Of a DNA stretch of 64,000 nt, positions 44,000 through 53,039 are shown in pieces. The notes under the pieces were generated by a model, which was not told where the DNA came from, did not search any database, and saw nothing but the letters and a program-made list of their open reading frames with translations. Position 1 is the stretch's first letter. Each line of letters starts with the position of its first letter. Source of the stretch: a virus; IMG/VR virus record IMGVR_UViG_2512047007_000001, positions 4,917-68,916 of that record; one strand, given 5' to 3'. Both the position numbers and the translations under genes were made by a program.

Positions 44000-46900
44000 G
44001 GAGGCCACGCTCCAGCAGGCGGAGGAGGAGGTGAGCCGCGTCGTCGCGGACGTCCTCGCCGAGGTGGCCGAGGAGTTCGCGGACGCCGTGTCCGGCGCGG
44101 ACGAGCTGGTGGCCGCCAGATTCTCCGTCGGCCGCATCGCCCGCATGTGGGCATCACGCATGCCCCGGGTCGTCGCCCGGCTCCTCGGCGTCGCGGAGAC
44201 CGCCGCGCATCAGGCCGCGGACTCCGTGGACGCCGACCTCGACGGCACGTGGGACGACCTCCCCGGCCGGTACGAGGACGGCCGGGACCTCCCCGCCGGC
44301 ATCGGCCAGTACGTGGAGACCACCGAGCACCTGCTCCGCGCCGTGGGGGACAGCCTCGCGGACGTCGCCCGCCAGGAACTCGCGGAGGGCCTGGAGGCCG
44401 GGGAGGACGTCGACCAGCTCCGGGCGCGCCTTCTGACCCGGTTCCGGGCGGACGGGCCGCAGCTCGGCGCGGGCCGCCAGGAGCGCACCGCGGCCACCGA
44501 GGCGTCCCGCGCGTGGAACACGGCGACGCTGGAGGCCGCCCGGGCGCTGTCCGGCCCGGACCGGCCCCTGGTGAAGCAGTGGCGCACCCGGGGCGACCGG
44601 CGCGTGCGGCACGCCCACGATGAGGTGGACGGCCAACTCCGCATGCTGGACGAGCCGTTCCGGGTCGGCGGGCACGACATGGACGCCCCCGGCGACCCCT
44701 CCGCCCCCGCCTCCCTCGTCGTGAACTGCCGGTGCCAGCTCCGCGTGTCCCGCGCGGAGGGCCGCGCCTCCTCCGCCGCCCCCACTTCCGAAGACGCCGG
44801 ACGGACGGCTTCTTACGAATCATCGGCGCACCACGGCGCCACGCCTTCGAATGCCGGGCCGATCGTGGCTGCGGCGGACGGGAGCCACCTCATGGGCGGC
44901 ATGATCGCGCTCATCCCCACCGAGGACGACGCCGCCCGCCTCGCCCTCGACGGCGGCGAAGCGGCCGACGAGCTCCACCTCACCCTGTACTTCCTCGGCG
45001 ACCAGGGCGGCGACTGGACCGAGGACCAGCGCCAGGAACTCGCGGACCTCGTCCGCTCCCGCGTCCGCGACCTCGGCGGACCCATCACCGCCCGGGCGTT
45101 CGGCGCCGCCCACTGGAACGCCGGCAGCGACTCCCCGTCGTGGGTGTGGTCGGTCGGCGGTGACCGCGACGCCCCCGACGACGCCCCCACCCTCGTCCAG
45201 GCCCACGCCCTCGCCACGGACGCCCTGGAGAGCACCCACGACCGCCCCGAGCTGCCCACCCAGCACTCCCCCTGGGCGCCCCATGTGTGCGCTGCGTATA
45301 GCGACGACCCGGGCCTCCTGGCAGCCCTGGAGGACCGCCTCGGCCCGATCACCTTCGACCGCGTCCGCCTCGCCTTCGGCGGGGACCGCATCGACATCCC
45401 CCTACAGCTGGAGGACGACCCCATGCCCACAGAGGAGACCACGGCGGCCGGCCTGCCGACCCGCGCGTGGAGCACGCCGGACGGCACCGCGCTCGCCTAC
45501 GAGAACCAGACCACCGGCGACGGAAGGGTCTTCCGGCCGGGCGCGCTCTCCTGGGACGGCGCCGGCCCCTGGCCCCTCCAGTACGCCGACGAAATGCTGT
45601 CCGGCCACCAGGGCGCCGAGCTGGCCGGAGCGATCACCAGCGTGGGCCGGGACGGGGACCGCATCACCGGCAGCGGCGTCCTGTACCTCACCCAGCGCTC
45701 CGGCGCCGAGGCCGCCCTCCTCCTCGAGGAAGAGGCCCCGCTCGGCGTGTCCGTCGACCTGGACGACGTCGACGTGGAGTTCGTGGACAAGACCCTCGCC
45801 GAGGACGAGGCCGGGAACCTGGTCCTGGCCGCGTCCCTCGCCTCCGCGTCGCTCCTCCCCCTGGAAGACGGCGGCTGGCTCATCACCGCCCAGCCCACCG
45901 CCGAGTGGGAAGCGTCCGCCGGCGTCCTCTCCCGCACCCGCCAGACCGTCCAGCTCATCACCGGCCCCGGCGGACAGGTCAACGCCTCCGCGCTCCTCAA
46001 CGCGTTCGCCGGGACGGCACTCCTCCCGGACGCCATCGTGGCCGCCGCCGGCGACGCCGACGACCCCGACACCGGCGTGGTCGTCCACTCCGAGAAGTCC
46101 GGGGACTTCCTCGTCCGCATCACCCGCGCCCGCCTCCGCGGCGCCACCCTCGTGGCCGTCCCCGCGTTCGCGGCCGCCCGGATCGTCCTGGACCCGCTGG
46201 ACGACGACGAGGCCGAGCGGGAAGCGTCCGCCCGCCCCCCGCTGCTGGACGACGTCACGGCCAGCAGCGAGGCCACCCGCCGCCGCATCATCACCTACGT
46301 CCGTACAGCGCCCGCCCCCGTCGGCGCGGCCCACGTCGCCAAGGCCCTCGGCATCTCCGTGTCGACCGCTCGCAAGCACCTCGGCGCGGCGGTCAAGGCC
46401 GGAGACCTCGTGCGGCTCCGCCCCGGCCTGTACGTCGGCGCGACGGCCGGCCCCGGCACCGAGGCGTCGGCGTCGGTGGCTGCGGCGGCCGGAACCGTCC
46501 CCGGCGCTCCCGCCGACGTCCCGGCCTCGCTGCGCCTCCACCCGGTGCCGGACGACGTCCTCACCGACCTCGCCGCGTCGGCCTGGACCGCCATGCGCGA
46601 CGCCGACCCCATGCCCGCCGCCTGGTTCCGCGAGCCGACCGAGGCCGAACTCCCGCCCGGCTCCGGGGGAGTGCACTACGCCGACGGCCGCGTGTTCGGA
46701 TGGGTGGCGCAGGCCGGGGAACCCCACGCCGGGTACCCGGGCCGCAACCTCACCGTGGAGTCCCTGGGCGAGCTGGACATGTCGCACTTTCTCCGCGCCC
46801 GGTTCCGGCTGGACGACGGCACGTTCGTCAAGGCCGGCGCCTTCACCATGAACGTGCCCCACAGCAAGGACGGCGCCGAGTGCGACACCGCGTCGTGCCA

Positions 46901-47375
46901 GTTCGATGACACCCGGACCGTCGCCGCGGTCGTCACCACCGGCATGAACGAGCGCGGGTTGTGGTTCTCCGGCGCAGCCGCACCGTGGCTGAGCCAGTGG
47001 GACCGGACCGTCTTCACGGCGTGCCAGCCGAGCTACCACATGCGGCAGGGCGCTGACGGCCGCTGGCAGCTCCGCGCGGTCCTGTCCGTGCCCGTGCCCG
47101 GGCACTCCTCGCCGCTCCTGGCGGCCGCCGTGGAGCGCTCGAACCTCGCGCTGGCCGCGTCCGCCGCGAGCGGCATGCCCGCCCCCGCCCCCGCTCCGGC
47201 CGCTGGTGCCCCGGCCACGTCACCCGTGCCGACCCCGGCCCTGACTGCCGCGCTCGACAGCCCCGACGTCCTCGACACCCTCTTGGACGCCCTGTCCCGC
47301 CGGCAGCAGCAGCGGGCCGACGAACGACGCGCGGAGGTGGAGCGCCTGGCCGCCACCGTCTCCGCCGCCGCCTAA
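43989..47375 (+). CDS. Head morphogenesis fusion: MuF domain, 2H phosphoesterase, capsid maturation protease-like region, wHTH
   Basis: KQWRTRGDRRVRHAH...NCRC (MuF); HLT at 44976 and HVC at 45282 (2H); TGDGRVF...GA.LVAVPAF. Confidence 0.85.
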   Translation: MADEEATLQQAEEEVSRVVADVLAEVAEEFADAVSGADELVAARFSVGRIARMWASRMPRVVARLLGVAETAAHQAADSVDADLDGTWDDLPGRYEDGRDLPAGIGQYVETTEHLLRAVGDSLADVARQELAEGLEAGEDVDQLRARLLTRFRADGPQLGAGRQERTAATEASRAWNTATLEAARALSGPDRPLVKQWRTRGDRRVRHAHDEVDGQLRMLDEPFRVGGHDMDAPGDPSAPASLVVNCRCQLRVSRAEGRASSAAPTSEDAGRTASYESSAHHGATPSNAGPIVAAADGSHLMGGMIALIPTEDDAARLALDGGEAADELHLTLYFLGDQGGDWTEDQRQELADLVRSRVRDLGGPITARAFGAAHWNAGSDSPSWVWSVGGDRDAPDDAPTLVQAHALATDALESTHDRPELPTQHSPWAPHVCAAYSDDPGLLAALEDRLGPITFDRVRLAFGGDRIDIPLQLEDDPMPTEETTAAGLPTRAWSTPDGTALAYENQTTGDGRVFRPGALSWDGAGPWPLQYADEMLSGHQGAELAGAITSVGRDGDRITGSGVLYLTQRSGAEAALLLEEEAPLGVSVDLDDVDVEFVDKTLAEDEAGNLVLAASLASASLLPLEDGGWLITAQPTAEWEASAGVLSRTRQTVQLITGPGGQVNASALLNAFAGTALLPDAIVAAAGDADDPDTGVVVHSEKSGDFLVRITRARLRGATLVAVPAFAAARIVLDPLDDDEAEREASARPPLLDDVTASSEATRRRIITYVRTAPAPVGAAHVAKALGISVSTARKHLGAAVKAGDLVRLRPGLYVGATAGPGTEASASVAAAAGTVPGAPADVPASLRLHPVPDDVLTDLAASAWTAMRDADPMPAAWFREPTEAELPPGSGGVHYADGRVFGWVAQAGEPHAGYPGRNLTVESLGELDMSHFLRARFRLDDGTFVKAGAFTMNVPHSKDGAECDTASCQFDDTRTVAAVVTTGMNERGLWFSGAAAPWLSQWDRTVFTACQPSYHMRQGADGRWQLRAVLSVPVPGHSSPLLAAAVERSNLALAASAASGMPAPAPAPAAGAPATSPVPTPALTAALDSPDVLDTLLDALSRRQQQRADERRAEVERLAATVSAAA

Positions 47376-47401
47376 CCCACCCACCCGAGAGGAGCACCGC
47401 T

Positions 47402-47806
47402 ATGGCATGCGCGTGCAAGAACAAGCGCCAGACGTACGAGGTCGTCCCGAACGCCGGCCGCGCGAACCGGCCCGCGTTCACCAGCTCCAGCCGCGGCACG
47501 GCCGAGGCCGTCGCGGACCGGTACCCGACCAGCGTCGTCCGGGACAAGAAGACCGGCGACGCCGTCTACCACGCCTGGCCCAAGGGCGCGTACGAGGTCG
47601 TCGCCGGGGACACGGTGATCCTCCCCGCCCACACCGTCCGCAACGACGCCGACAAGGCCCCGCTGCGGGCCGCTGCGGACGAGCGGGCGGCCGACGGCGC
47701 CGTGGTCCGCGCCGTGAGCAGCGGGGCCGTGGTCTACCCGCTCCCGGCGGCGCTCACCGCCTCGGGCGCCACCCTCACCGCCGAGCAGGCCCCCACCCCG
47801 GCCTGA
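47402..47806 (+). CDS. Hypothetical head-region protein
   Basis: RBS GAGGAG; MACACK start. Confidence 0.7.
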   Translation: MACACKNKRQTYEVVPNAGRANRPAFTSSSRGTAEAVADRYPTSVVRDKKTGDAVYHAWPKGAYEVVAGDTVILPAHTVRNDADKAPLRAAADERAADGAVVRAVSSGAVVYPLPAALTASGATLTAEQAPTPA

Positions 47807-47843
47807 CCACCCCTCACATCACCGCGTAGCTGCCCTCCGGGGT

Positions 47844-47883
47844 GGCTATGCTGGTGCACTAGTACCGCTGGTTATGGGCCGGG
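47844..47883 (+). promoter_or_regulatory. Late promoter plus leader motif, copy 1
   Basis: GGCTATGCT followed by GCTGGTTATGGGCCGGG. Confidence 0.7.
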
Positions 47884-47915
47884 TCATCAGGCTTCACCTC
47901 CTGGAGACCCGACCC

Positions 47916-49595
47916 ATGGCCTTCGAGCTTCCGCAGGACCTCAACCAGCTCTCCGACGGCGCTTTCCTCTCCACCCTCACGGACGAGGACCTGAGCGCGG
48001 CCACGGAGACCACCGCGCGCACCTTCGCCGCGCTGTCCGCTCAGGACGAGATCACGGACGACGCGCTCGCCCAGATGCGGGCGCTCGCCGCCGGCACCGA
48101 GGCGATCCGGTCGGAGCAGCGCTCCCGCCGTGAGGCCGCCGAGGCCGCCGTGAGCGAGATCGACCAGCTCGCCGCGCAGATCCGCGGCGACGAGCCGCAG
48201 ACCGCGCCCGCCGAGCCGGAGCAGTCCGCGGCGGAGGAGACCACCGCGGCCGCCGACCCGGCCCCCGAGCAGCCCGCCGCCCCGGCGGCCCCGGCCGCTC
48301 CGGCGGCGCCCGCGACCGCCACCGCCTCGGCCGTCGCCCGGCCCGCCCTCAACCTCAGCGCCGTGCGCCGGGTCCAGCCCCGCGTCCTGCCCGAGGCCCC
48401 GGCCCCGGGAACCACCATCACCGCGGCGGTCGACGTCCCCGGCTACACCCCCGGCGCGGCCCTGGACTTCAACGACATCACCGCCGGCATCATCTCCAGG
48501 GCGAATGCCCTGAAGACCGCGGGCGGCGGCGTCGGACAGGTCATCTCGTACCGGCACCCGTACCCGCAGGAGCTCATCGTCACCGACTCCTCGTCGGCGC
48601 CGGAGGGCACGAGCGTGGCCCTGACCGCCTCCAGCCAGAGCCGCCTGCCGGAGCGGGAGCTCGTCGCGTCGGGCGGCTGGTGCGCCCCGTCGGAGACCAT
48701 CTACGAGCTGACCGACACGGCGTGCCCCGACCTCCTGTGGGACGCACCGGAAATCCAGCTCGCCCGGGGCGGCCTGCGCTACTACATGCCGCTCTCCCTC
48801 GACGTCGCCGCCATGACGTGGGTGCACACCGAGGCCGACGACATCAGCGGTGCGGAGAAGCCCTGCTTCCGCATCCCCTGCCCGGAACCCGTCGAGGTGC
48901 GCTGCGACGCCATCGGCGTGTGCCTGGAGGCCGGCATCCTCACACAGCGCCACTTCCCCGAGCTGGTCGCCTGGTACCTGCGCAACTCGATGGTGGCGCA
49001 CGAAATCCGCATCAAGCAGCAGCTGTTCCAGCAGGCGCTCAACACCGCCACGCCCGTGGACATCCCGGCGTCGTTCGGCGCGCTCTCCAGCGTGTTCGCC
49101 GCGGTGGGTCTCCAGGCGGCCGACATGATCGAGCGCCACAGCCTGTGCGAGTCGACGGCCCTGGAGGTCGTGTTCCCGTACTGGTCGAGGCAGCTGTTCC
49201 TCGCCGACCTCGCGCGACAGAACGGCGTCAACATCTGCGACCTCGACCCCAACTGCATCCAGGACACGTTCAGCAAGCTCGGCGTCCGCGTGCAGTTCGC
49301 GCGGGGCCTCAACCCGGCCGTGCCCGACGAGATCGGCGGCCCCGACCCCGCCACCGCGTTCCCCGGCGAGGTCAAGTTCCTGATCTACCCCGCCGGCGGC
49401 CTCGTCATCGGCCGTGGCGAGGAGGTCAACCTCGGCGTCATCCACGACTCCACGAAGTTCCGCGTGAACGACTACACCGCGCTCTTCGCGGAGGAGTGCG
49501 CCGCGCTGGTCAACCGCAGCGTGGACACCCGCCTCGTCACCGTCCCGGTCTGCCCCTCCGGCGAGACCGGCGCACAGACGCTCCTCGCCTGCTGA
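47916..49595 (+). CDS. Major capsid protein with N-terminal scaffold
   Basis: Coiled-coil N-terminus; ASGGWCAPSE, RGGLRY; position. Confidence 0.85.
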   Translation: MAFELPQDLNQLSDGAFLSTLTDEDLSAATETTARTFAALSAQDEITDDALAQMRALAAGTEAIRSEQRSRREAAEAAVSEIDQLAAQIRGDEPQTAPAEPEQSAAEETTAAADPAPEQPAAPAAPAAPAAPATATASAVARPALNLSAVRRVQPRVLPEAPAPGTTITAAVDVPGYTPGAALDFNDITAGIISRANALKTAGGGVGQVISYRHPYPQELIVTDSSSAPEGTSVALTASSQSRLPERELVASGGWCAPSETIYELTDTACPDLLWDAPEIQLARGGLRYYMPLSLDVAAMTWVHTEADDISGAEKPCFRIPCPEPVEVRCDAIGVCLEAGILTQRHFPELVAWYLRNSMVAHEIRIKQQLFQQALNTATPVDIPASFGALSSVFAAVGLQAADMIERHSLCESTALEVVFPYWSRQLFLADLARQNGVNICDLDPNCIQDTFSKLGVRVQFARGLNPAVPDEIGGPDPATAFPGEVKFLIYPAGGLVIGRGEEVNLGVIHDSTKFRVNDYTALFAEECAALVNRSVDTRLVTVPVCPSGETGAQTLLAC

Positions 49596-49680
49596 CCGCA
49601 CCTCCCCCCGACCCGGACGCGCCGGGCTCTCGGCCATGAGCCGGGGGCCCGGCGCCCCTTGAACGCACCGGAGGTGCACG

Positions 49681-50520
49681 ATGCCGTCAGACATGCGTAA
49701 GGCTGTCGAGCCCATCACCGGGACGCCGCTGCCGCACGGCATCCTCAACGCCTGTACCACCGTCGTGGACGTCGATGACGTCCACGAGCTGATGGGCGTG
49801 GAGTGGCTGGGCCTCGGCTGCTCCCCGGTCCGCCACTGGGTGGACCCCTGCCTCACCGACGAGTCGCCCGGCGAGTCGCCCGGGGAACCCGCCGTCAAGA
49901 TCTTCGACCGGCCGGAGATCGAGGCCGCCGACCCCATCACCCTGTACGCCGGTGCCGAGTGCAGCGCCCTTGGCTGGTCGTACGCCGAGGCGGTGGAGCA
50001 CGCCCGGGCCACCATGGACCTCGGCGAGCAACAGGGCCTTGAAGCCGCGTTCATGGCCTCCCACCTCTCCCAGCAGGCCGTGGACCTCACCCCGGCCGAG
50101 GGGCCGGTGTCAGTCGCTCAGGGCGTCGCCGCGCTGGAAGGCTGCCTCGCCGAGTCCTACGGCGGCGTGGGCGTCCTCCACGTTCCCGCCGGCGTCGCCG
50201 CGCTCCTCGGCTGCTGCAACATCCTCCGCGAGGACCCCGTCACGGGCGACCTGCGGACCCTGGCTGGCAACTGCGCGGTGATCGGCGCCGGGTACTCCGC
50301 GCTCAACGTCGGCCCCGGCGGGCTGCCTGCCGAGCCCGGCACGACCTGGCTCTACATCACCGGCCCCGTCCACATCCGGCGCGGCCCCCTCGACACCATC
50401 CCCGACCGCTCCGCGTCGGTGAACATCCGCACCAACGACCGCCGGGTGCTCCTGGAGCGCTCCTACGTGGTCGGCACGACGTGCACCGTGTGCGCAATCC
50501 AGGTGGTGACTTGCCCGTGA
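49681..50520 (+). CDS. Putative head decoration/completion protein
   Basis: RBS GGAGG; follows the capsid gene. Confidence 0.65.
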   Translation: MPSDMRKAVEPITGTPLPHGILNACTTVVDVDDVHELMGVEWLGLGCSPVRHWVDPCLTDESPGESPGEPAVKIFDRPEIEAADPITLYAGAECSALGWSYAEAVEHARATMDLGEQQGLEAAFMASHLSQQAVDLTPAEGPVSVAQGVAALEGCLAESYGGVGVLHVPAGVAALLGCCNILREDPVTGDLRTLAGNCAVIGAGYSALNVGPGGLPAEPGTTWLYITGPVHIRRGPLDTIPDRSASVNIRTNDRRVLLERSYVVGTTCTVCAIQVVTCP

Positions 50521-51137
50521 ATCCGCTCATCACAGTGCAGCCGTGTCCCGAGCAGCGGCAGGCACTCGCCCGGTGGGCCGTGGCTCAGGTGCCGAAGGTA
50601 CGCACCGTGGGCCCGTCCTCGTTCGGGGTGCCCCCGCACCTGTACACCGACATGCCCGAGGCGCTGCTCCGCGGCGCCCTGGTCGACGGCCACCCCTACC
50701 GGTCGCCCGACGACTACGAGGCCACCGAGCCCGCGCCGGCCGGAGCGCCGACACTGCTCGGCGTGGCCACCCCAGACGGCCTCCGGGACGCGGTGCTGGT
50801 CCCCCCGCTCCCGGAGGCTCCCCAGACGTTCGAGGAAGGGGAACTCGTCGTCCTCGCGGGCGGGGCGGACGGCCAGGAAACCTACGTCCCCCTCGGGGAC
50901 AGCAGCGGGGACACGGGCGGAGACGCCCCGGCCCCGCCCTCGCCGGGCCCCACGGCTGCACCGGCCGTGACCAGCGGGGACACCGCCGGGGACACGGGCA
51001 GGGACGCGGGGGACACGAGCGGGGATAGTGGCGCCACCGCACCCGCCAAGCCGTACCTCTGCGGCGACGGGTGCCCGCGAGCCTTCACCACCGCACGCGG
51101 CCGGGCGCGGCACCGGCGCACCGTCCACGGGAGGTAG
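50517..51137 (+). CDS. Protein with GGGGACA-encoded linker and C-terminal C2H2 zinc finger
   Basis: KPYLCGDGCPRAFTTARGRARHRRTVH. Confidence 0.65.
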   Translation: MNPLITVQPCPEQRQALARWAVAQVPKVRTVGPSSFGVPPHLYTDMPEALLRGALVDGHPYRSPDDYEATEPAPAGAPTLLGVATPDGLRDAVLVPPLPEAPQTFEEGELVVLAGGADGQETYVPLGDSSGDTGGDAPAPPSPGPTAAPAVTSGDTAGDTGRDAGDTSGDSGATAPAKPYLCGDGCPRAFTTARGRARHRRTVHGR

Positions 51138-51140
51138 CCC

Positions 51141-52055
51141 ATGCCCGTCCAGCCAGTTCCTTGCGCCCCCGGCGGCGGTGGGGGCGGCGAGCCCGGCCCG
51201 TCCTGCTGCGCCCCCTCCATCGCCTCCACCCCGCTCTGCCGGGAGGACGGCTCCACGATCCTCCTCGTGCTCCGCTCCGCGTGCGCGTGCGACGGCGCCG
51301 AGCCCGCCCCACCGGAGATCACCGGATGGCTCGACCCGGTCACCGGCGAGTTCACCGAGGGCGCGGCACCGGCCGACGCCCGGCCGTGCGGCGCGGACGA
51401 CTGCGCGTCCGTCTCTCTCCTGCGCCTGTGTGACCAGACGGAGGAGGAGTGCGTCCCCTTCCTCCGGCACCTGGTGCACGACTGCTCCGGCACGGTCACC
51501 GCGAGCACGGACACCACCCTCGACGGCGTCACGCCGTACGTGGTGGCCGGCGAGACGGGGGACTGCGACGACTGCCCGTGCGAGGACGGCAGCAAGGTCC
51601 TCCCGCTCTGCGACTACCAGCCAGACGGCACGAGCGTGCCGTTCCTGCGGCACCTCACCTACGACTGCACGACCGGGCAGGTGACGGAGGAGACCGACAC
51701 CGAGACGGACGCCACCACCCCCTACACCCCGACCGGCGACATCGGAGAGTGCGGCGAGTGCCGTCCAGCGCCGATGTGCCCCCAGCTCCTCGGCTTGTCC
51801 GGGCCCGAGACCTGGACCATGCCGGAGGGCACCGAGTCCGTCGCCGTCACCGTGGCCTGCGGCCCCGTCACCATCACCGACTGCGCCGGCAACGCGACCG
51901 TGGTCAACGAGTGCGGAACCGCCTTCTCCTGGGCCGCGCCCGCCTCCGGCGGCTGCGGTCCCGCCTCCCTCTGCACGCCCTTCACCGTGGAGCTACCCGA
52001 TGGCGCCGCGGTCTACCTCAACTTCGTGAGCCCTTGCCTGGGAGACGCCTCGTGA
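51141..52055 (+). CDS. Cys-rich repeat virion protein
   Basis: Two LCD..VPFLRHL.xDC..DT..D..TPY..G..G.C units. Confidence 0.75.
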   Translation: MPVQPVPCAPGGGGGGEPGPSCCAPSIASTPLCREDGSTILLVLRSACACDGAEPAPPEITGWLDPVTGEFTEGAAPADARPCGADDCASVSLLRLCDQTEEECVPFLRHLVHDCSGTVTASTDTTLDGVTPYVVAGETGDCDDCPCEDGSKVLPLCDYQPDGTSVPFLRHLTYDCTTGQVTEETDTETDATTPYTPTGDIGECGECRPAPMCPQLLGLSGPETWTMPEGTESVAVTVACGPVTITDCAGNATVVNECGTAFSWAAPASGGCGPASLCTPFTVELPDGAAVYLNFVSPCLGDAS

Positions 52056-52984
52056 ACTGCAACTGCTGCCCCCCTGTGATCATCAGCAGCAACGGTGGGG
52101 GGCCGCCCCAACCGCCGGCACCGCCGTGCGTCAGCCCGGGGTCAGAGACGGTCCTCACCGTGGACAGTGACGGATGCCTCGGCCTCATCACCGATCCGGC
52201 CGGCCCGGTCCGGCCAGGCCCTGACGGCCTCACCGTGTGCCTCTCGGAGCAGGCGGACAACACGCTCACGCAGGACGGGGACGGCTGCCTCTACGTCCCG
52301 ACCGCCCAGCCGGAGCCGATCGCCACCGGCTGCGGCATCCTCGGCGACGGAACCACCGGGGCACCCCTGGCCGCCGGCACTTCCGGCACCTGGGGAGCCG
52401 GGCAGCTCGCCTTCCCCTGCGACGACATCAACGGCGGCTCGATCTACTGCGACAGCCGAGGCCGGATGCGTACCGCGCCCCCGACGTATGCCCGCGGCTT
52501 CTCCCAGTTCGCGCAGGAGAGCGTGAGCGGCCCGCCGGAGGCCGTGGGCACCACCAGGACGACGCACGACGTGACGCTTACCGTCACGAACCCCTCGCCG
52601 TGCCGCACGATGATCACGTCAACCCGCGTCAGCGTCAACGGCGTCGCCTTCACTCAGACCGCCGCCAACGACTGGTCGATCGACTGGGGGTTGTCGTTCT
52701 CGACGGACGGCAGCGAGCCGCCGCCGCCCGCGGTCGGCTCTGGCCTCATGCGGCGGCGCACCGCCCCTGACCTCGCCTCGCCGGACGAGTGGGAGTTCCC
52801 CGTCATCGACGCCGTGACCAGCGCAGGCGCCTTCGGGTTCGTCGGCCCCGGCGAGACGATCAAGGTCCGCGCGGCGGTCGGGATCACCTTCCACGCGGTC
52901 AACCCGGCGGCTGGAGCGGACGGGACCCCGCCCGCCTGGCGCATCCGTGAGTTCGGCCTCTACGCCTGGGGCTTCGCGATCTGA
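52052..52984 (+). CDS. Putative virion structural protein
   Basis: Coupled; Cys-rich N-terminus, beta-rich C-terminus. Confidence 0.7.
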   Translation: MNCNCCPPVIISSNGGGPPQPPAPPCVSPGSETVLTVDSDGCLGLITDPAGPVRPGPDGLTVCLSEQADNTLTQDGDGCLYVPTAQPEPIATGCGILGDGTTGAPLAAGTSGTWGAGQLAFPCDDINGGSIYCDSRGRMRTAPPTYARGFSQFAQESVSGPPEAVGTTRTTHDVTLTVTNPSPCRTMITSTRVSVNGVAFTQTAANDWSIDWGLSFSTDGSEPPPPAVGSGLMRRRTAPDLASPDEWEFPVIDAVTSAGAFGFVGPGETIKVRAAVGITFHAVNPAAGADGTPPAWRIREFGLYAWGFAI

Positions 52985-53039
52985 CCCGCCCCGGCTCCCC
53001 TTCTTCCGTTGCTGACTCGACCCGAGAGCGAGACGACCG

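Noticed and set aside
47859-50090. Long antisense ORFs (also 20008-22356, 45402-47105, 55701-57200, 57354-59189)
   Set aside because: Typical high-GC shadow ORFs with no recognisable motifs, lying opposite genes with normal codon bias, unlike the intein antisense ORF.
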